64,000 bases of DNA from Octopus vulgaris. Lineage: Eukaryota. Below are positions 25,499-39,070 of the stretch, one piece after another. The stretch spans positions 33,914,001 through 33,978,000 of the forward strand of contig OX597829.1 in assembly GCA_951406725.2 (NCBI GenBank), given 5' to 3'. Every line of letters starts with the position of its first letter. Within the stretch, counting starts at the first letter, position 1. The translations under genes were made by a program, and so were the position numbers. The notes under the pieces are model-generated. The model saw only the letters and a list, made by a program, of their open reading frames with translations. It was not told where the DNA came from and did no database searches.

Positions 25499-26229
25499 TT
25501 CGGATAGTACTTTTTATGTGCCACCGGCACAGGCATCATAACTCCTATTTCCATTGATATTTATTTCGACGTTCATGTTCATGTACTTGACTCAACAGGT
25601 CTCCTCAGGCACAGCGGGACGATCTGGGATATCCGGGGTACTTTGAATGGGCAGGGGCTATGTGGAACTGATGCAGGAAGCAGCCCGGGTCTTTGCAGTC
25701 ACAGCATATCTCCAGAGATCTCGGTCCTTCGCCATTGCCTCAGTGAGGCCCAATGCTCTGAGGTCATGCTTGACTACCTCATCCCATGTCTTCCTGGGTC
25801 TACCTCTCCCCCTGATACCTTCAACTGTTTGGGAGTGGCACTTCTTCACACATCTTTCTTCATCCATCCGCAGCACATGACCATACCATCGCAAGTGTCG
25901 CCTTGCACACCACATCTGATGCTCTTATATCCAGCATTTCTCTCAGGATGCTTACACTCTGTCGTGCGTGCACACTGACACTACACATCCAGCGGATCAT
26001 GCTAGCTTCATTTCTTTCAAGTCTACGCATGTCCCCTGCAGTCACAACCCATGTTTCATTACCGTGAAGCATGGCAGTTCGCACACATGCATCATACAAT
26101 CTACCTTTCGCTCTGAGGGAGAGACCCTTTGTCGCCAGTAGGGGTAGGAGCTTTCTGAACTTTGCCCAGGCTATTCATATTCTAGTGGTGATACTCTCTG
26201 TGCATCCACCTCCGCTACTGACTTGGTCG
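25499..26229 (-). mobile_element. RTE-clade LINE 3' fragment
   Basis: [27 protein letters not shown]. Confidence 0.88.
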
Positions 26230-26361
26230 TACGTATGTATGTATTTATATGTGTATATATATATATGTATGTATATGTATGTATATATATGTATATATAT
26301 ATATATATATGTATGTATATGTATGTATATATATATATATATATATGTATGTATATATATG

Positions 26362-26392
<31 letters not shown>

Positions 26393-26401
26393 GTATGTAT
26401 A

Positions 26402-26439
<38 letters not shown>

Positions 26440-26516
26440 TATATATGTATATATATGTATATATATATATATGTATGTATATATATGTATATATATATAT
26501 GTATGTATATATATGT

Positions 26517-26584
<68 letters not shown>

Positions 26585-26781
26585 GTATATATATATATGT
26601 ATATATATATATGTATGTATATATGTATATATATATATGTATGTATATATATGTATATATATATATATATATGTATGTATATATATGTATATATATATGT
26701 ATGTATATATATGTATATATATATATATATATGTATGTATATATATGTATATATATATATATATATGTATGTATATATATG

Positions 26782-26834
<53 letters not shown>

Positions 26835-26838
26835 GTAT

Positions 26839-26878
<40 letters not shown>

Positions 26879-26882
26879 GTAT

Positions 26883-26922
<40 letters not shown>

Positions 26923-26939
26923 GTATATATATATATATG
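26230..26939. repeat. Complex (TA)n/TATG microsatellite
   Basis: About 700 bp of TA repeats with TG interruptions. Confidence 0.97.
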
Positions 26940-28398
26940 TCCGATCTCACTCACTTACCGTCCGATCTCACTCACCTCTCATATCATCAAGGTATTTGAG
27001 AGGGTGGTGAGATCTCGAATAACCCAATTTCTGGAAAGCAACAGACGGCTGATCTCCAACCAACATGGGTTCCGTAATGGAAGGGACTGCCTAACGCAGC
27101 TCCTGCATCACTTTGAGGACATTTTGAGAGCTTTGGGAGAGGGCTCCAACACCGATGTCATCTACCTTGATTTCAGTAAGGCCTTCGACAGGGTCGATCA
27201 CAAGATCCTATTGAAAAAACTATCCAACATTGGTGTCTCTGGAAAGTTACTGAAATGGATTAAGTGTTTCCTGACAGACAGATCTCAACATGTTGTAGTT
27301 GAAGGGGTAAAATCAAGCCCAGCCAAAGTCAGTAGTGGCGTTCCGCAAGGCACTGTGCTGGGCCCACTTCTTTTCATCATTTACATTAATGACATCATCA
27401 AGCACAGCAACATAAAAATCTTTGCAGATGACTCCAAGCTACAGAAGGTCATAAATGAGGCGAGTGACCGGACATGCCTTCAGTCAGATCTACTGGCTGT
27501 TATCCAATGGGCAGAAAAAAACAATATGCTGCTGAACGAGGATAAATTTGAGCTAATCCACTTTGGAAAAGAGGATGCCCTGAAACTCCCATACTCCCTT
27601 CCTTCAGGTGAAACTCTCGCGGCGTCCAACAACATCAGAGACTTGGGAGTAATTGTGGACAACAACGTAAGCTGGGCCACTCATATAAACACCAAAGTTG
27701 ACATGGCCCGCAGAATGTGTTCCTGGATTCTCAGAACTTTCCAGTCGAGAGATATCCACACCATTATCCTTCTCTTCTCCACTTTTGCCCGACCCCACCT
27801 TGAATACTGTTGTCCACTGTGGTCTCCCCACACAATACAAGGTATCATAAAAGTTGAAGCACCTCAAAGGGCAATCACAAAAAAGATAGATGGCATGACA
27901 GGCCTCGACTATTGGGGTCGGCTAGAAAAGCTAAAACTCTATTCTCTCCAACGTCGTCGTGAGCGCTACATCATCTGCATGATGTGGAAAATATTCCATC
28001 AGCATTGCCCAAATGATGTTGGCATCACCTTTAAGGTACATCCAAGGCTTGGGCCCCGTGCCATCCGCCCAAAACAAAAATCGCACTCTCATCTCATAAC
28101 AACAATACGGCACAATTATTTCACCTCAATTGGCCCCGCTCTCTTTAACATTACACCAAAACACATTAAAACAGAAACTGACCCTATAGGGTTCAAGAAG
28201 TCTTTGGACAGATTCCTTCAAGAAATCCCGGATAAACCCCCTACACCCGGATATGTCTCTGTAAACAATAACTCTCTACTTGAGTGGGCCATAGTGCCCA
28301 AATTCTAACTTGAAAGACTTCACCAGGTGGTGCTATTAAGTTAGACATGGCCTGGGCCAATAATGGCCGAAACCTATCAAAGTATCAAAGTATCAAAG
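26940..28398 (+). mobile_element. CR1/L2-group LINE, 5'-truncated, uninterrupted RT-to-stop frame, intact 3' end
   Basis: Open frame YRPISLTS...[13 protein letters not shown]...FADD...RDLGV...LEYC...LQRRRER to the stop at 28308. Short 3' UTR with stem-loop ggcc-aataat-ggcc and tail (TATCAAAG)x3. Confidence 0.92.
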
Positions 28399-28429
<31 letters not shown>

Positions 28430-28444
28430 GTATGTATATATATG

Positions 28445-28517
<73 letters not shown>

Positions 28518-28546
28518 GTATATATATATATGTATGTATATATATG

Positions 28547-28577
<31 letters not shown>

Positions 28578-28634
28578 GTATATATATGTATGTATATATA
28601 TGTATATATATATATATATGTATGTATATATATG

Positions 28635-28673
<39 letters not shown>

Positions 28674-28696
28674 GTATATATATATATATATGTATG

Positions 28697-28728
<32 letters not shown>

Positions 28729-28800
28729 CATATGTATGTATATATATGTATATATATATGTATTTATATATATGTATATATATATGTATTTATATATATG

Positions 28801-28853
<53 letters not shown>

Positions 28854-29685
28854 GTATATATATGTATATATATATATATGTATGTATATGTATATATATA
28901 TATATATGTATGTATATATATGTATATATATATGTATGTATATGTATATATATATGTATGTATATATATGTATATATATATGTATGTATATATATATATA
29001 TATGTATGTATGTATGTATATATATGTATATATATATATATATATGTATGTAGGTATATATATGTATATATGTATATATATATATGTATGTATATATATA
29101 TATGTATGTATATATATATATATGTATGTATATATATATATGTATGTATATATATATATATGTATGTATATATATATATATGTATGTATATATATATATA
29201 TGTATGTATATATGTATGTATATATATATGTATATATATATGTATATATATATGTATGTATATATATATGTATGTATATATATATGTATATATATATGTA
29301 TGTATATATATATGTATGTATATATATATATGTATATATATGTATGTATATATATATATGTATATATATGTATGTATATATATATATATGTATATATATG
29401 TATGTATATATATATATGTATATATATGTATATATATATATATGTATATATATGTATGTATATATATATATGTATATATATATATGTATATATATGTATG
29501 TATATATATATATGTATGTATATGTATGTATATATATATATGTATGTATATATATATATGTATATATATATATATGTATGTATATATATATGTATGTATA
29601 TATATATGTATGTATATATATATATGTATATATATATGTATATATATATATATGTTATATATATATATATGTATATATATATATG

Positions 29686-29739
<54 letters not shown>

Positions 29740-29775
29740 TATATGTATATATATATGTATGTATATATATATATG

Positions 29776-29807
<32 letters not shown>

Positions 29808-29821
29808 TATATATGTATGTG

Positions 29822-29884
<63 letters not shown>

Positions 29885-29903
29885 GTATGTATATATATAT
29901 ATG

Positions 29904-29971
<68 letters not shown>

Positions 29972-30313
29972 TATATATGTATGTATATATATATATGTAT
30001 GTATATATATATGTATATATATATATATATGTATGTATATATATATATGTATGTATATATATATATATATATGTATGTATATATATATATGTATGTATAT
30101 ATATATATATATATGTATGTATATATATATATGTATGTATATATATATATGTATGTATATATATATATATGTATGTATATATATATATGTATGTATATAT
30201 ATATATATGTAAGTATATATATGTATATATATATGTATGTATATATATATGTATGTGTATATATATATGTATGTATATATATATATGTATATATGTATGT
30301 ATATATATATATG

Positions 30314-30348
<35 letters not shown>

Positions 30349-30378
30349 GCATGCATGTATATATGCATATATATATAT
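28399..30378. repeat. About 2 kb complex (TA)n/TATG microsatellite
   Basis: Direct reading. It generates the spurious Y/I/M/C/V ORFs in the track. Confidence 0.98.
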
Positions 30379-31261
30379 AAAAAATACAAAATGGGACACG
30401 AACGCAAAACACCCGGACAGTTATATGCTGCAAAAATGAGACAACGAAACAACCTGATAGACGATACAAAGAAACCAAGGACGGGTCATTCGAAGTTTTC
30501 TTTCTTCGGTCGAGTACTAAGTTATCTACCCAATTTTAGCTGATTATACTACAGATTGCTCCACTCTGGCCAGTCCCAAGGAAAAACTAATCTAAGAGCA
30601 TTAGATTCCTTAGAAGAAAGCAGTGAATGTATACAAAAACAAGGATGGAAAAAAAGGAACAATATTACACAAATACAATAAAAATAATAACAACAGGTGT
30701 CTTTCAAATAAGGACAGATTAAATTAAGTTGGTGTGTGTGGAAATAAAGCCTTATGGCAGGGATACAAGATTTCACAAACACGAAGGAATATCGATGTTG
30801 TGCGGACAACGGCCAGACCAAGAAAGAAAGAACAGTCTTGGCCGAACACCAGTCACATGATATATAATGTATGTATATTGGTATTGGTATGCATATATAT
30901 GTGTGTATATATGTATGTATATATATATGTATATGTATGTATGTATATATATTTACATATATATGTGTGTGTGTGTATATATATGTATGTATATATGTAT
31001 CTAATGTACAGACTGAAAAAATGATTTTTGGACCTTATTGAGTTTTCATCAGAAGTGTCTACATCATTCTGTTAGTCTCGAGGGAAACAAGCAACCAAAT
31101 TATTTATATACTCAAGAAATGCAGCAGTTAGGGTATGAAGGGGTCCCTAATTTGCATGCCAAAAGTTTTTATCAGTCTATAAATACCAGCGTCCTGTCAC
31201 CATGAATCTTAGTCCACACAGTGTCAAGGTATGATATAATAATCTATATGTGTATATATAT

Positions 31262-33010
31262 ATATCATCATCATCATTGCTTAATGTCCACTTTCCATTC
31301 TAGCATGGGTTCGACGATTTGACTGAGGTCTGGCAAACCAAATGGCTGCACCAGACTCCAATCTGATCTGGCAGAGTTTTTACAGTTGGATGTCCTTCCT
31401 AATGCCAACAACTCTGAGAGTGTAGTGGGTGCCTTTACATGCCACGGGCACAAGGGCCAGTCAAGCAGTACTGGCAATTTCCACGCTCAAATAGTGCTTT
31501 TTATGTGCCACCTGCACAGGAGCCAGTCCAGCGGCACTGGCAACGACCTTGCTCAAATGTCTTTTCAAGTGCCAGTAAGGCAATGCAGGTAACGATCATG
31601 CTTGAATGGTGCTTTTTACATGCCACCGGCACGGAGGCAAGTTTGTTGCTCTGGCAACGATCACGCTCGGATGGTACTCTTAGCGCTCCACTAGCACAGA
31701 TGCCAGTTATTGAATTTGATTTCGATCTCACTTGCCTCATAGGTCATCACAATTAGAGTTCAGTGTCCAATGAAGGAAAGGTACACATAAGTGGGCTGGT
31801 TACACCCCTGGCATATTCCATGAGGTTATGATCTTACTTGGGCTTGCCGAGTCTTCTCAAGCACAGCATATTTCCAAAGATCCCGGTCACTAGTCATTGT
31901 CTTGGTGAGTCCCAATGTTTGAAGGTCATGCTTCAGCACCTCATCCCAGGTCTTACTGGGTCTACCTCTTCAACAGGTTCCCTCAACCACTAGGGTGTGG
32001 AACTTTTTCACACAGCTATCCTCATTCATTCTCACCACATGGCCATACCCGCGCAGTCGTCTCTCTTGCACACCACATCTGATGCTTCTTAGGTCCAACT
32101 TTTTTCTCAAGGCACTAATACTCTGTCGAGTATGCACACTGATATTACACATCCATCAGAGCATACTAGCTTCATTCCTCGCAAGCTTACACATGTCCTC
32201 AGCAGTCACGGCCATGTTTCATTGCCATGTAGCATTGCTGATCATACACATGCATCATACAGTCTACCTTTTACTCTGAGCGAGAGTCCCTTTGTCACCA
32301 GCAGCGGTAAGAGCTCTCTGAACTTTGCCCAGACCATTCTTATTCTAGCAGCTACACTTTCAGTGCACCCTCACCCGCTACTGACTTGGTCACCTTGGTA
32401 ACGGAAGATATCAACTACTTCTAGTTTTTCTCCCTGTAACGTGGCGGAAGTTGTTCACTGCACATTTTCAATGTTTATTGCTTCTGAGCATCTGCCACAT
32501 ACAAAAACTATCTTCCTAGTTAGCCATCCTTTGATATTGCTGTACCTCTTATGTGTCCATAGCGTACACTGGGTACATCTTATAGAGCTTCTATCTACGC
32601 CTCTACTACTGATCGAGCAGGGCCATCTACCTGAAGGGATTTGTGGTTTGCCTGCCTTACTACTTATTAGGACTTTGCTTTTAGCTAGATTGACTCTAAG
32701 GCCCTTCGATTCTAATCCTTGTTTCCACACTTGAAACTTCTCCTCTAGTTCTGATAGTGCTTCAGCAATTAGAGCATAGAGGAACTCCCAGGGGCATCCT
32801 GTCTTGAATTCCTCTGTTATTGTCTGGAGGACCATGATAAATAGGAGGGGGCAAAGGACTGAACCTTTGTGGACCCCTACCTCCACCCGGAATTCTTCAC
32901 TGTACTTGTTGCCAACGCTCACCTTACTGACAGCGACCCTGTACATGGTTTGCACAGCTCTCACTAACCATTCATCTATCCCTAGTTTCCTCATTGATCA
33001 CCAGATAAGG
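31262..33010 (-). mobile_element. RTE-clade LINE, RT and 3' end, decayed
   Basis: GVHKGSVLCPLLFI, GLRVNLAKSK, RRLRGYGHVVRM; (GAT)n tail at about 31265. Confidence 0.9.
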
Positions 33011-33019
33011 GATTGGGGG

Positions 33020-33855
33020 TTCACTGGTTAACTATACTGGTGACTAGGCTATAGCTGACACTGCCAGATATTTTGAGCATCTCTGCAGTAATTCCTGATG
33101 GGCTGGGGGGCTTTCCCTGTCTTCATACTCTTAATTGCTTTATCTACCAAGGTACTGTCAACTCAGATAGCTGGTCCTCTGTTGGGTTGACATTCGGCAG
33201 ATTCTCTTTCTCTCATTCATTTTCTTTATTAAGCAACCTTTCATAATGGTGTCTCCAAACCTCTCTCTTTGCAGCCTCATTTAGTGCATAGAACCATCTT
33301 CCATGCGGACACATTTCTCTCCTACATCAAGATTCTCTCTCACACTCTGTCTTGCAACACGAAATAGCTCAAGTCTTTGGTCCTTACGGTGCAGAACATT
33401 GGCAAATTTTTTCTTATGTGCTTCCCCTCTGGCTAAATAAACCTGCCTCCTAGCTTCCCTTCTGGCAGTCTGATACAATTCCCTGCTACCACCATTCTTC
33501 CAGTCCTTCCAAGCCTGATTCTTTTCTCTAATAGCCCTGTCTACAACATTGTTCCACCACCACGTTATTTTGGGTCGAGAAGGGACTTTGCACCATCCAC
33601 AGATCTGGTCAGAGGCTTTCAGCAGATTGTCCCGTAGAAACCTCCAGTTGACTTCTACACCGTGTGAAGCTATATCCCCTTCTATTTTGTCAACGGCTTC
33701 GAGTAATAGGTCTCTAAATCTCTGTCCATTTGCAGGATCTTTAAGCTTCCAGACCCTTCTCCTCCATGCTGGTCATCTTCAGGGTATCCACTTAGCCCTG
33801 ATCCTAAAGTCACTAACTAGCAGTCTATGTTGTGGGGTACATTCTTCACCTGGAT
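33020..33855 (-). mobile_element. RTE-clade LINE linker fragment, near-identical inverted counterpart of 19670-20418
   Basis: YQTARREARRQVYLARGEAHKKKFANVLHR, versus the + copy at 20036. Confidence 0.9.
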
Positions 33856-33988
33856 ATATATATATATATATAAATATATGTATATGTATGCATATATATA
33901 TATATACGTATATATATATGTATGTATATGTGTATACATATATGTATATATATACGTATATATATATATATATATGTATGTATATGTA

Positions 33989-34024
<36 letters not shown>

Positions 34025-34190
34025 CATACATATATATGTTTGAATATATATCTATATGTGTGTATGTATATATGTGTGTGTATATACTTGTATATATATG
34101 TATACATGTATATGTGTGTGTGTATATATATATATATACACACACATACATATATGTATGAATATATATATATATATATATATATCTGTA

Positions 34191-34230
<40 letters not shown>
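33855..34230. repeat. (TA)n/(TG)n microsatellite
   Basis: Direct reading. Confidence 0.95.
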
Positions 34231-34233
<3 letters not shown>

Positions 34234-34609
34234 GAGGTGACGACTGAAATTCATCAAATGGATGTCAAATATCCGAGTCTGCAGGTAGAGTCCAAGCAAA
34301 GGATATTTATAAAAAATGTACATTTAGTATTTGCAAAAACAATAAATGAAGTATGAGGAAAGGAAGAAAATTGTAGTTGTAGATGATCTATAATTCATAA
34401 TCCAGTTTGGTGCAGATCCAATATAAATTGTAAAAATTGTTTCAAAGTCTAATTAATTGTAAAGACAGAAATGAAAAACGCTTCTTGAAATAACAATTAA
34501 ATTCTTCATCAGAAATTACATATTGGTATGAAAAATTAAGACCAACAAAAATATAAAAAGGCCCTACACACACTGAAAAGGAGCTCAACCACTTTGTCTC
34601 CATGAGACT

Positions 34610-35270
34610 TAATGCTCGAAAGGTGCATTTTACGTGCTACCTACAAGGGTGCTGATTATGCAACACCAGCATCAGCCATGACTATGATTTCACTTGGCTT
34701 GATGGGTCTTCTTGAGCACTGCATATCACAAAAGGTCTCAGTCGCTAGTCATTGCCTCTGTGAAGTCCAAAGTTCGAAGATCATGCTTCACCACGTCATC
34801 ACGTTTTCCTGGGTCTACCTCTACCACAGGTTCCCTTCACAGTTAGAGATCAGCTCTTCTTTACACAGCTGTCCTTATCCATATGCATCACATGACCATA
34901 CCATCACAGTTGCCTCTCCTGCATACCACATCTGATACCTCTTAAGCCTAATTTTTCTCTCAAGATGCTTACACTCTGTCATACATGCACACTGACTTTA
35001 CACATCCAGCAAAGCATATTGGCTTCATTTCTTTCAAACCTATGCTTGTCCTTGGCTGTCACAGCCCATGTTTTACTGCCATGTAGCATAGCTGTTCACA
35101 CACAGGCATTATACAATCTGCCTTTCACTCTAAGAGAGAGGCCCTTTATTGCCAGCAGAGACAAGAGCTCTTTAAACTTTGTCCAGCCTTCTTGTGATTC
35201 CACTGCAACTTGTGTCCATAATTGTGTACACCATATTGAATTCCTGCCTACATCTTTCCTGCATACAGTG
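34610..35270 (-). mobile_element. RTE-clade LINE 3' fragment, old
   Basis: Colinear with 20940-21430 (catgaccatacca, gccatgtagcatagctg, gagagaggcccttt). Confidence 0.8.
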
Positions 35271-35444
35271 GTTGCAAAGCAAACTTCTTAAACATCCAAC
35301 TATACCACATATATCTTTTATTTTTTACTTGTTTCAGTCATTGGACTGCAGACATGTTGGGGAGCCACCTTGAACAGTTCAGTCAAACAAATCGACCTAC
35401 AGTACATATTTTTTCTTTTACTTATTCTGTTGATCTTTTTACAT

Positions 35445-36330
35445 TGGTTTAAAGTCTCCTTTGGTTTTACTAAAGAATCATGTATACCATTGTATAATAT
35501 ATTTGCATGTTCATTCGTAGAAGTAGCAAAAGAAGCCAACTTTAAAATAACTGTGGGACTTTATTCCCTGGTAAAGTGGTGCAGTAAATCAAAGCAAGAA
35601 ACACTACAAATTCTGGTGATTGTTGTTCATCCATTATTTTGATAATTCAGTTTGGTCGTCATTGGTTACATGGGCTCTGTTATATATTAATTCTCCTCGG
35701 AACAGCAGGATCCGAATAACTCACCTTGATTAAAAACTCCCACCCCTCTGACTTGTAAATAATTTGTCACACCAATTTATGGAAAAAAGGAGGTTCCAGA
35801 ACACATACAGATTAATTTTTTGAAATATATTATGCGCAATGTGATTGGACCTTCGATGCAATTCCTACACAACACAGGACTCGACAAATGTGTGGTATAA
35901 AGTCTCCCTTGGTTTTACAATGGAATTTTGCATGTTCACTTGTAGAAATAATACAAGAAATAAACTTTAAAAATAACAATGAGACTTTATTCTTCCATTA
36001 AAAAGTACAGTAGACCAAATAAAAACAGCACAAATTCTGGTGGTTATATGGTTCATCTATCATTAAGATAATTCAGCTTGGGCCATTGTTGATTACATGT
36101 GCTCCATTATAATTTTGCTCTGGTGAATAATGGCAGGAAAATAACATGACTCACTTTAATGAAAATTGCTTACCCCTCTGCTCAAAGATGATTTGTTGCA
36201 TCAATTTAAAGAAAGAGGGTAGGCTCCATAGCACATTCAGATTAGTAGTTTGAGAATGCATTATACACATGATTGGATCTTCGATCCAAATCCTGTGCAA
36301 TACTCAACCAATCAAAGTACAGGACTCAAT
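35445..36330. repeat. Diverged tandem duplication, two units of about 445 bp
   Basis: Both units share, in order, taaagtctcc, ttggtttta, ttgcatgttca, aactttaaaa, gactttattc, acaaattctggtg, gataattcag, acccctctg, tgattgga..ttcgat and acaggactc. Confidence 0.85.
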
Positions 36331-36964
36331 TACTGTTCAAAACTCACATGACAAATAAAACGACCAATCATTACAGATTAATGTGCTGAGCCTATATAAG
36401 GCTTCTATATGCCATAATAGAAATTGGTCTAGCAACAGTCCAAACACTCACAATAGGTATGTTAATCAATCACTACAAATTAATGTGATGAGTCTACGTA
36501 AGTCAAATGATTTCAATAAGCAATAATAGAAATTTGTCTCGCTACAGTCTCATTGGGGTAGTAAAGTCGGTTCTTCCTTTAAAATAAATTTTTTTTGCTA
36601 TCTCATAATTATATAATACATAATGGGTCACTGTGTTCTAAATTATAATTTTTTGCAATTTATAATTAATCTGAACTTTTGGAGAAGTTTTTCTTAAAAT
36701 ATAAGGCATTTCATTTAATTAGTCTTTGATTCTTAAAATGAGGAAGTGTTAAATTTAAACCATTTGTTTTCGTCAGGATTTGTATTCGCGAAGTCATACC
36801 CGAATTATTGAACATTATGAAACAATTTTGAGTCTTACACTTTCAACAACATATATATTCTGAACGAAGTAGAAATAATTAATGTAAGGAAACAATGTTA
36901 AAAAGGTCGAAACAAGAATCAAAATAAAACAATAACAAGTTCTGCTGTGACCGTCAGAGAAAAT

Positions 36965-37140
36965 GCTTGCGATATTTTTTTGTCTCTCTTTACGTTCGTG
37001 CTAAAATTTCTGAGAGGTCAACTTCACCTTTCATCCTTCTCAGGTCGATAAAATAAAGCACCAGTCTTGTACCAGGATCGATGATAACGACTAGTTCTCC
37101 TACCCTTCAAACTGCTGAATTTATTGCCTAAATTAGAAAT
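36965..37140 (+). mobile_element. SINE family B (Nin-domain-like) fragment
   Basis: gaggtcaacttcacctttcatccttctcaggtcgataaaataaagcaccag, shared with the 56460, 59005 and 61175 copies. Confidence 0.7.
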
Positions 37141-37682
37141 ATTTTCAATAGAAAATTCGCAATTTACCTACGGGGAGATAACTAGCAAAGTAGAAGAACA
37201 GTATCAAACATCGCTTTTGTTAAGATTTTACCATTTGAACGAGCTTGTAATTATTTTGATAATTCCCTACGAAACAAACAGCATTGTCTTAATGAAGAAG
37301 AGCGAAATTTATTATTTTTTTCCTTTCAAAAATATTAATTCAAATTTTAAACTGCGAAAGGTTAAAGAAAATCAATATTTACATTAAGAAAAGGAGTGGG
37401 GGGATCGAATCATACGAACGTAAGTTACAAGAAAATTACCGAAGATGACTGAATTTATGATTTGGAAAATGAAATCACTAACTTGACCGAAGTAGGTTCT
37501 TATAGATTTCTACTTTTATTTCTTAACAACACCATTTGGTTAACCAGCTTAGTAGAAAGTACTACGTTATAAATCACCACATTTCGACATTCGTCAACAA
37601 GACTTCTGTTTTATATATTGTTGGGGCACTTATATCTCTCATTCATAGATTTCTCTTATAAAACTATTGTAATAATATTCTT

Positions 37683-38687
37683 GGTTAATGTTGACATTAT
37701 TACCCGGAAACGAAAAAAAAAAAAAAAAGTGCAATTATTCCAATAGTGTAGGAAACGAATATAAAAACAAAAATGTGCAGAGAGCAACGGGGGTAGGGAG
37801 AGGCCTTCGGAAAATTCACAAGATCCGATGTTTTTTCCCTCATAACTTTTAGGAAAATGGGGCTTTTTTTAAATGAAAATTTATATAAATACCTTTCAAA
37901 CGGTATAGATTACGATTATAAAGAAATTTGTGTGGAAAATCTTTTCCGAGGGGGTGGGAAGAGGACGTCGAAAAATTCACAAGATCCGAATTTTTCCCTC
38001 GTTACTTTGAGGAATATATAATCCTTTTGAAATAAGAAATTAGGCTTTTCCACAGGAACTTAGACGCTAAACATCTCTTTGAAGGGTTCGGGTCCTTCTA
38101 CAAGATAGATAGATTATATGTATATATATAGAAGTAAGGACCCGAATCCTTCAAAGGGATGTTTAGCATCCAAGTTCCTAAGGAAAAGCCTAATTTATGA
38201 TTTCAAAAGGATTATATTTTCCTCAAAGTTACTAAGGAAAAACTCGGGTCTTGCGAATTTTCCGAAGTCCCCCCCCCCCCCCGTTGCTTTTCGTGCATTT
38301 TTGTTTTCAGATTCGTTTCCTACGTGGGTGTGCAGTAGAAAGATATCCATTTCCATCAAAGTTACGAGGGAAAAACATCGGATTTTGTTAATTTTCCGAA
38401 TTCCTGTCCCCACCCCATCGGAAAACATTTTCCCCACAAATTTCTTTATAATCGTAATCTATACCGTTTGAAAAGTATTTATATAAAATTTCACCAAAGA
38501 AAAACCTATTTTCCTAAAAGTTACGAGGGAAAAACATCGGATCTTGTGAATCTCCCGAAGGTTTCTCCACCCCCGTTCCTTTCCGGGCATTTTTGTTTTC
38601 GTATTCGTTTCCTATACCATTTTTTTTTTACACACGTTGCACTATTTTTTTTTCTTTTGTTTCCGGGTAATAATGTCAACATTAACC
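37683..38687. mobile_element. 1-kb foldback (near-palindromic) non-autonomous DNA transposon with 8-bp TSD
   Basis: ATATTCTT|GGTTAATGTTGACATTATTACCCGGAAAC ... GTTTCCGGGTAATAATGTCAACATTAACC|ATATTCTT. The arms pair inward to about 38097/38136 around a spacer of about 40 bp. Confidence 0.92.
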
Positions 38688-38734
38688 ATATTCTTTACTT
38701 TTCGAAATACGTTGTCAAATTCGACATCATTTTC

Positions 38735-39070
38735 TTTTATCTTTTACTTGTTTCAGTCATTGGATTTTGGCCATGCTGGTGCACCTACTTGACGGATTAA
38801 ATCAAACGAATCCACCCCATTATTTATTATTAAAGCCTACGAACCGCTTAGTTACGGTGACGTAAACAAGCCAACATGCGATGATGGGGGGGGGACACCT
38901 ACATATACACACAAACATATACACGACGGCCTTTCAGTTTCTTCTACCAAATCTACTCATACGGCTTTAGTCGGCTCGGGGCGATATAGTAGAAGACACT
39001 TGGCCAAGGTGCCATGCAGTGAGACTGAACCCGGAACTAGATGGATTGAAAGCGAACCTCTTGCCACACA
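38735..39070 (-). mobile_element. SINE family A, reverse orientation
   Basis: cttttacttgtttcagtcatt...gaaccgcttagttac...tagtagaagacacttggccaaggtgcc...actgaaccc. Confidence 0.85.

Noticed and set aside
28354-28374. ggcc-aataat-ggcc-GAAAC resembling hammerhead stem II
   Set aside because: No upstream CUGANGA-like core. Better explained as the LINE 3' recognition stem-loop.
26171-30543. Long ORFs of 200-745 aa rich in Y, I, M, C, V and H
   Set aside because: Translations of (TA)n/TG microsatellite. Only the 26940-28308 part of the 745-aa ORF is real (LINE RT).
30380-30860. Unclassified segment after the large microsatellite, possibly a retroelement end
   Set aside because: No diagnostic motif or second copy in the window, so it cannot be classified without a search.
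34478-34515. Minus-strand CTGATGA followed by a weak stem
   Set aside because: No GAAA or closing stems, so not a hammerhead.
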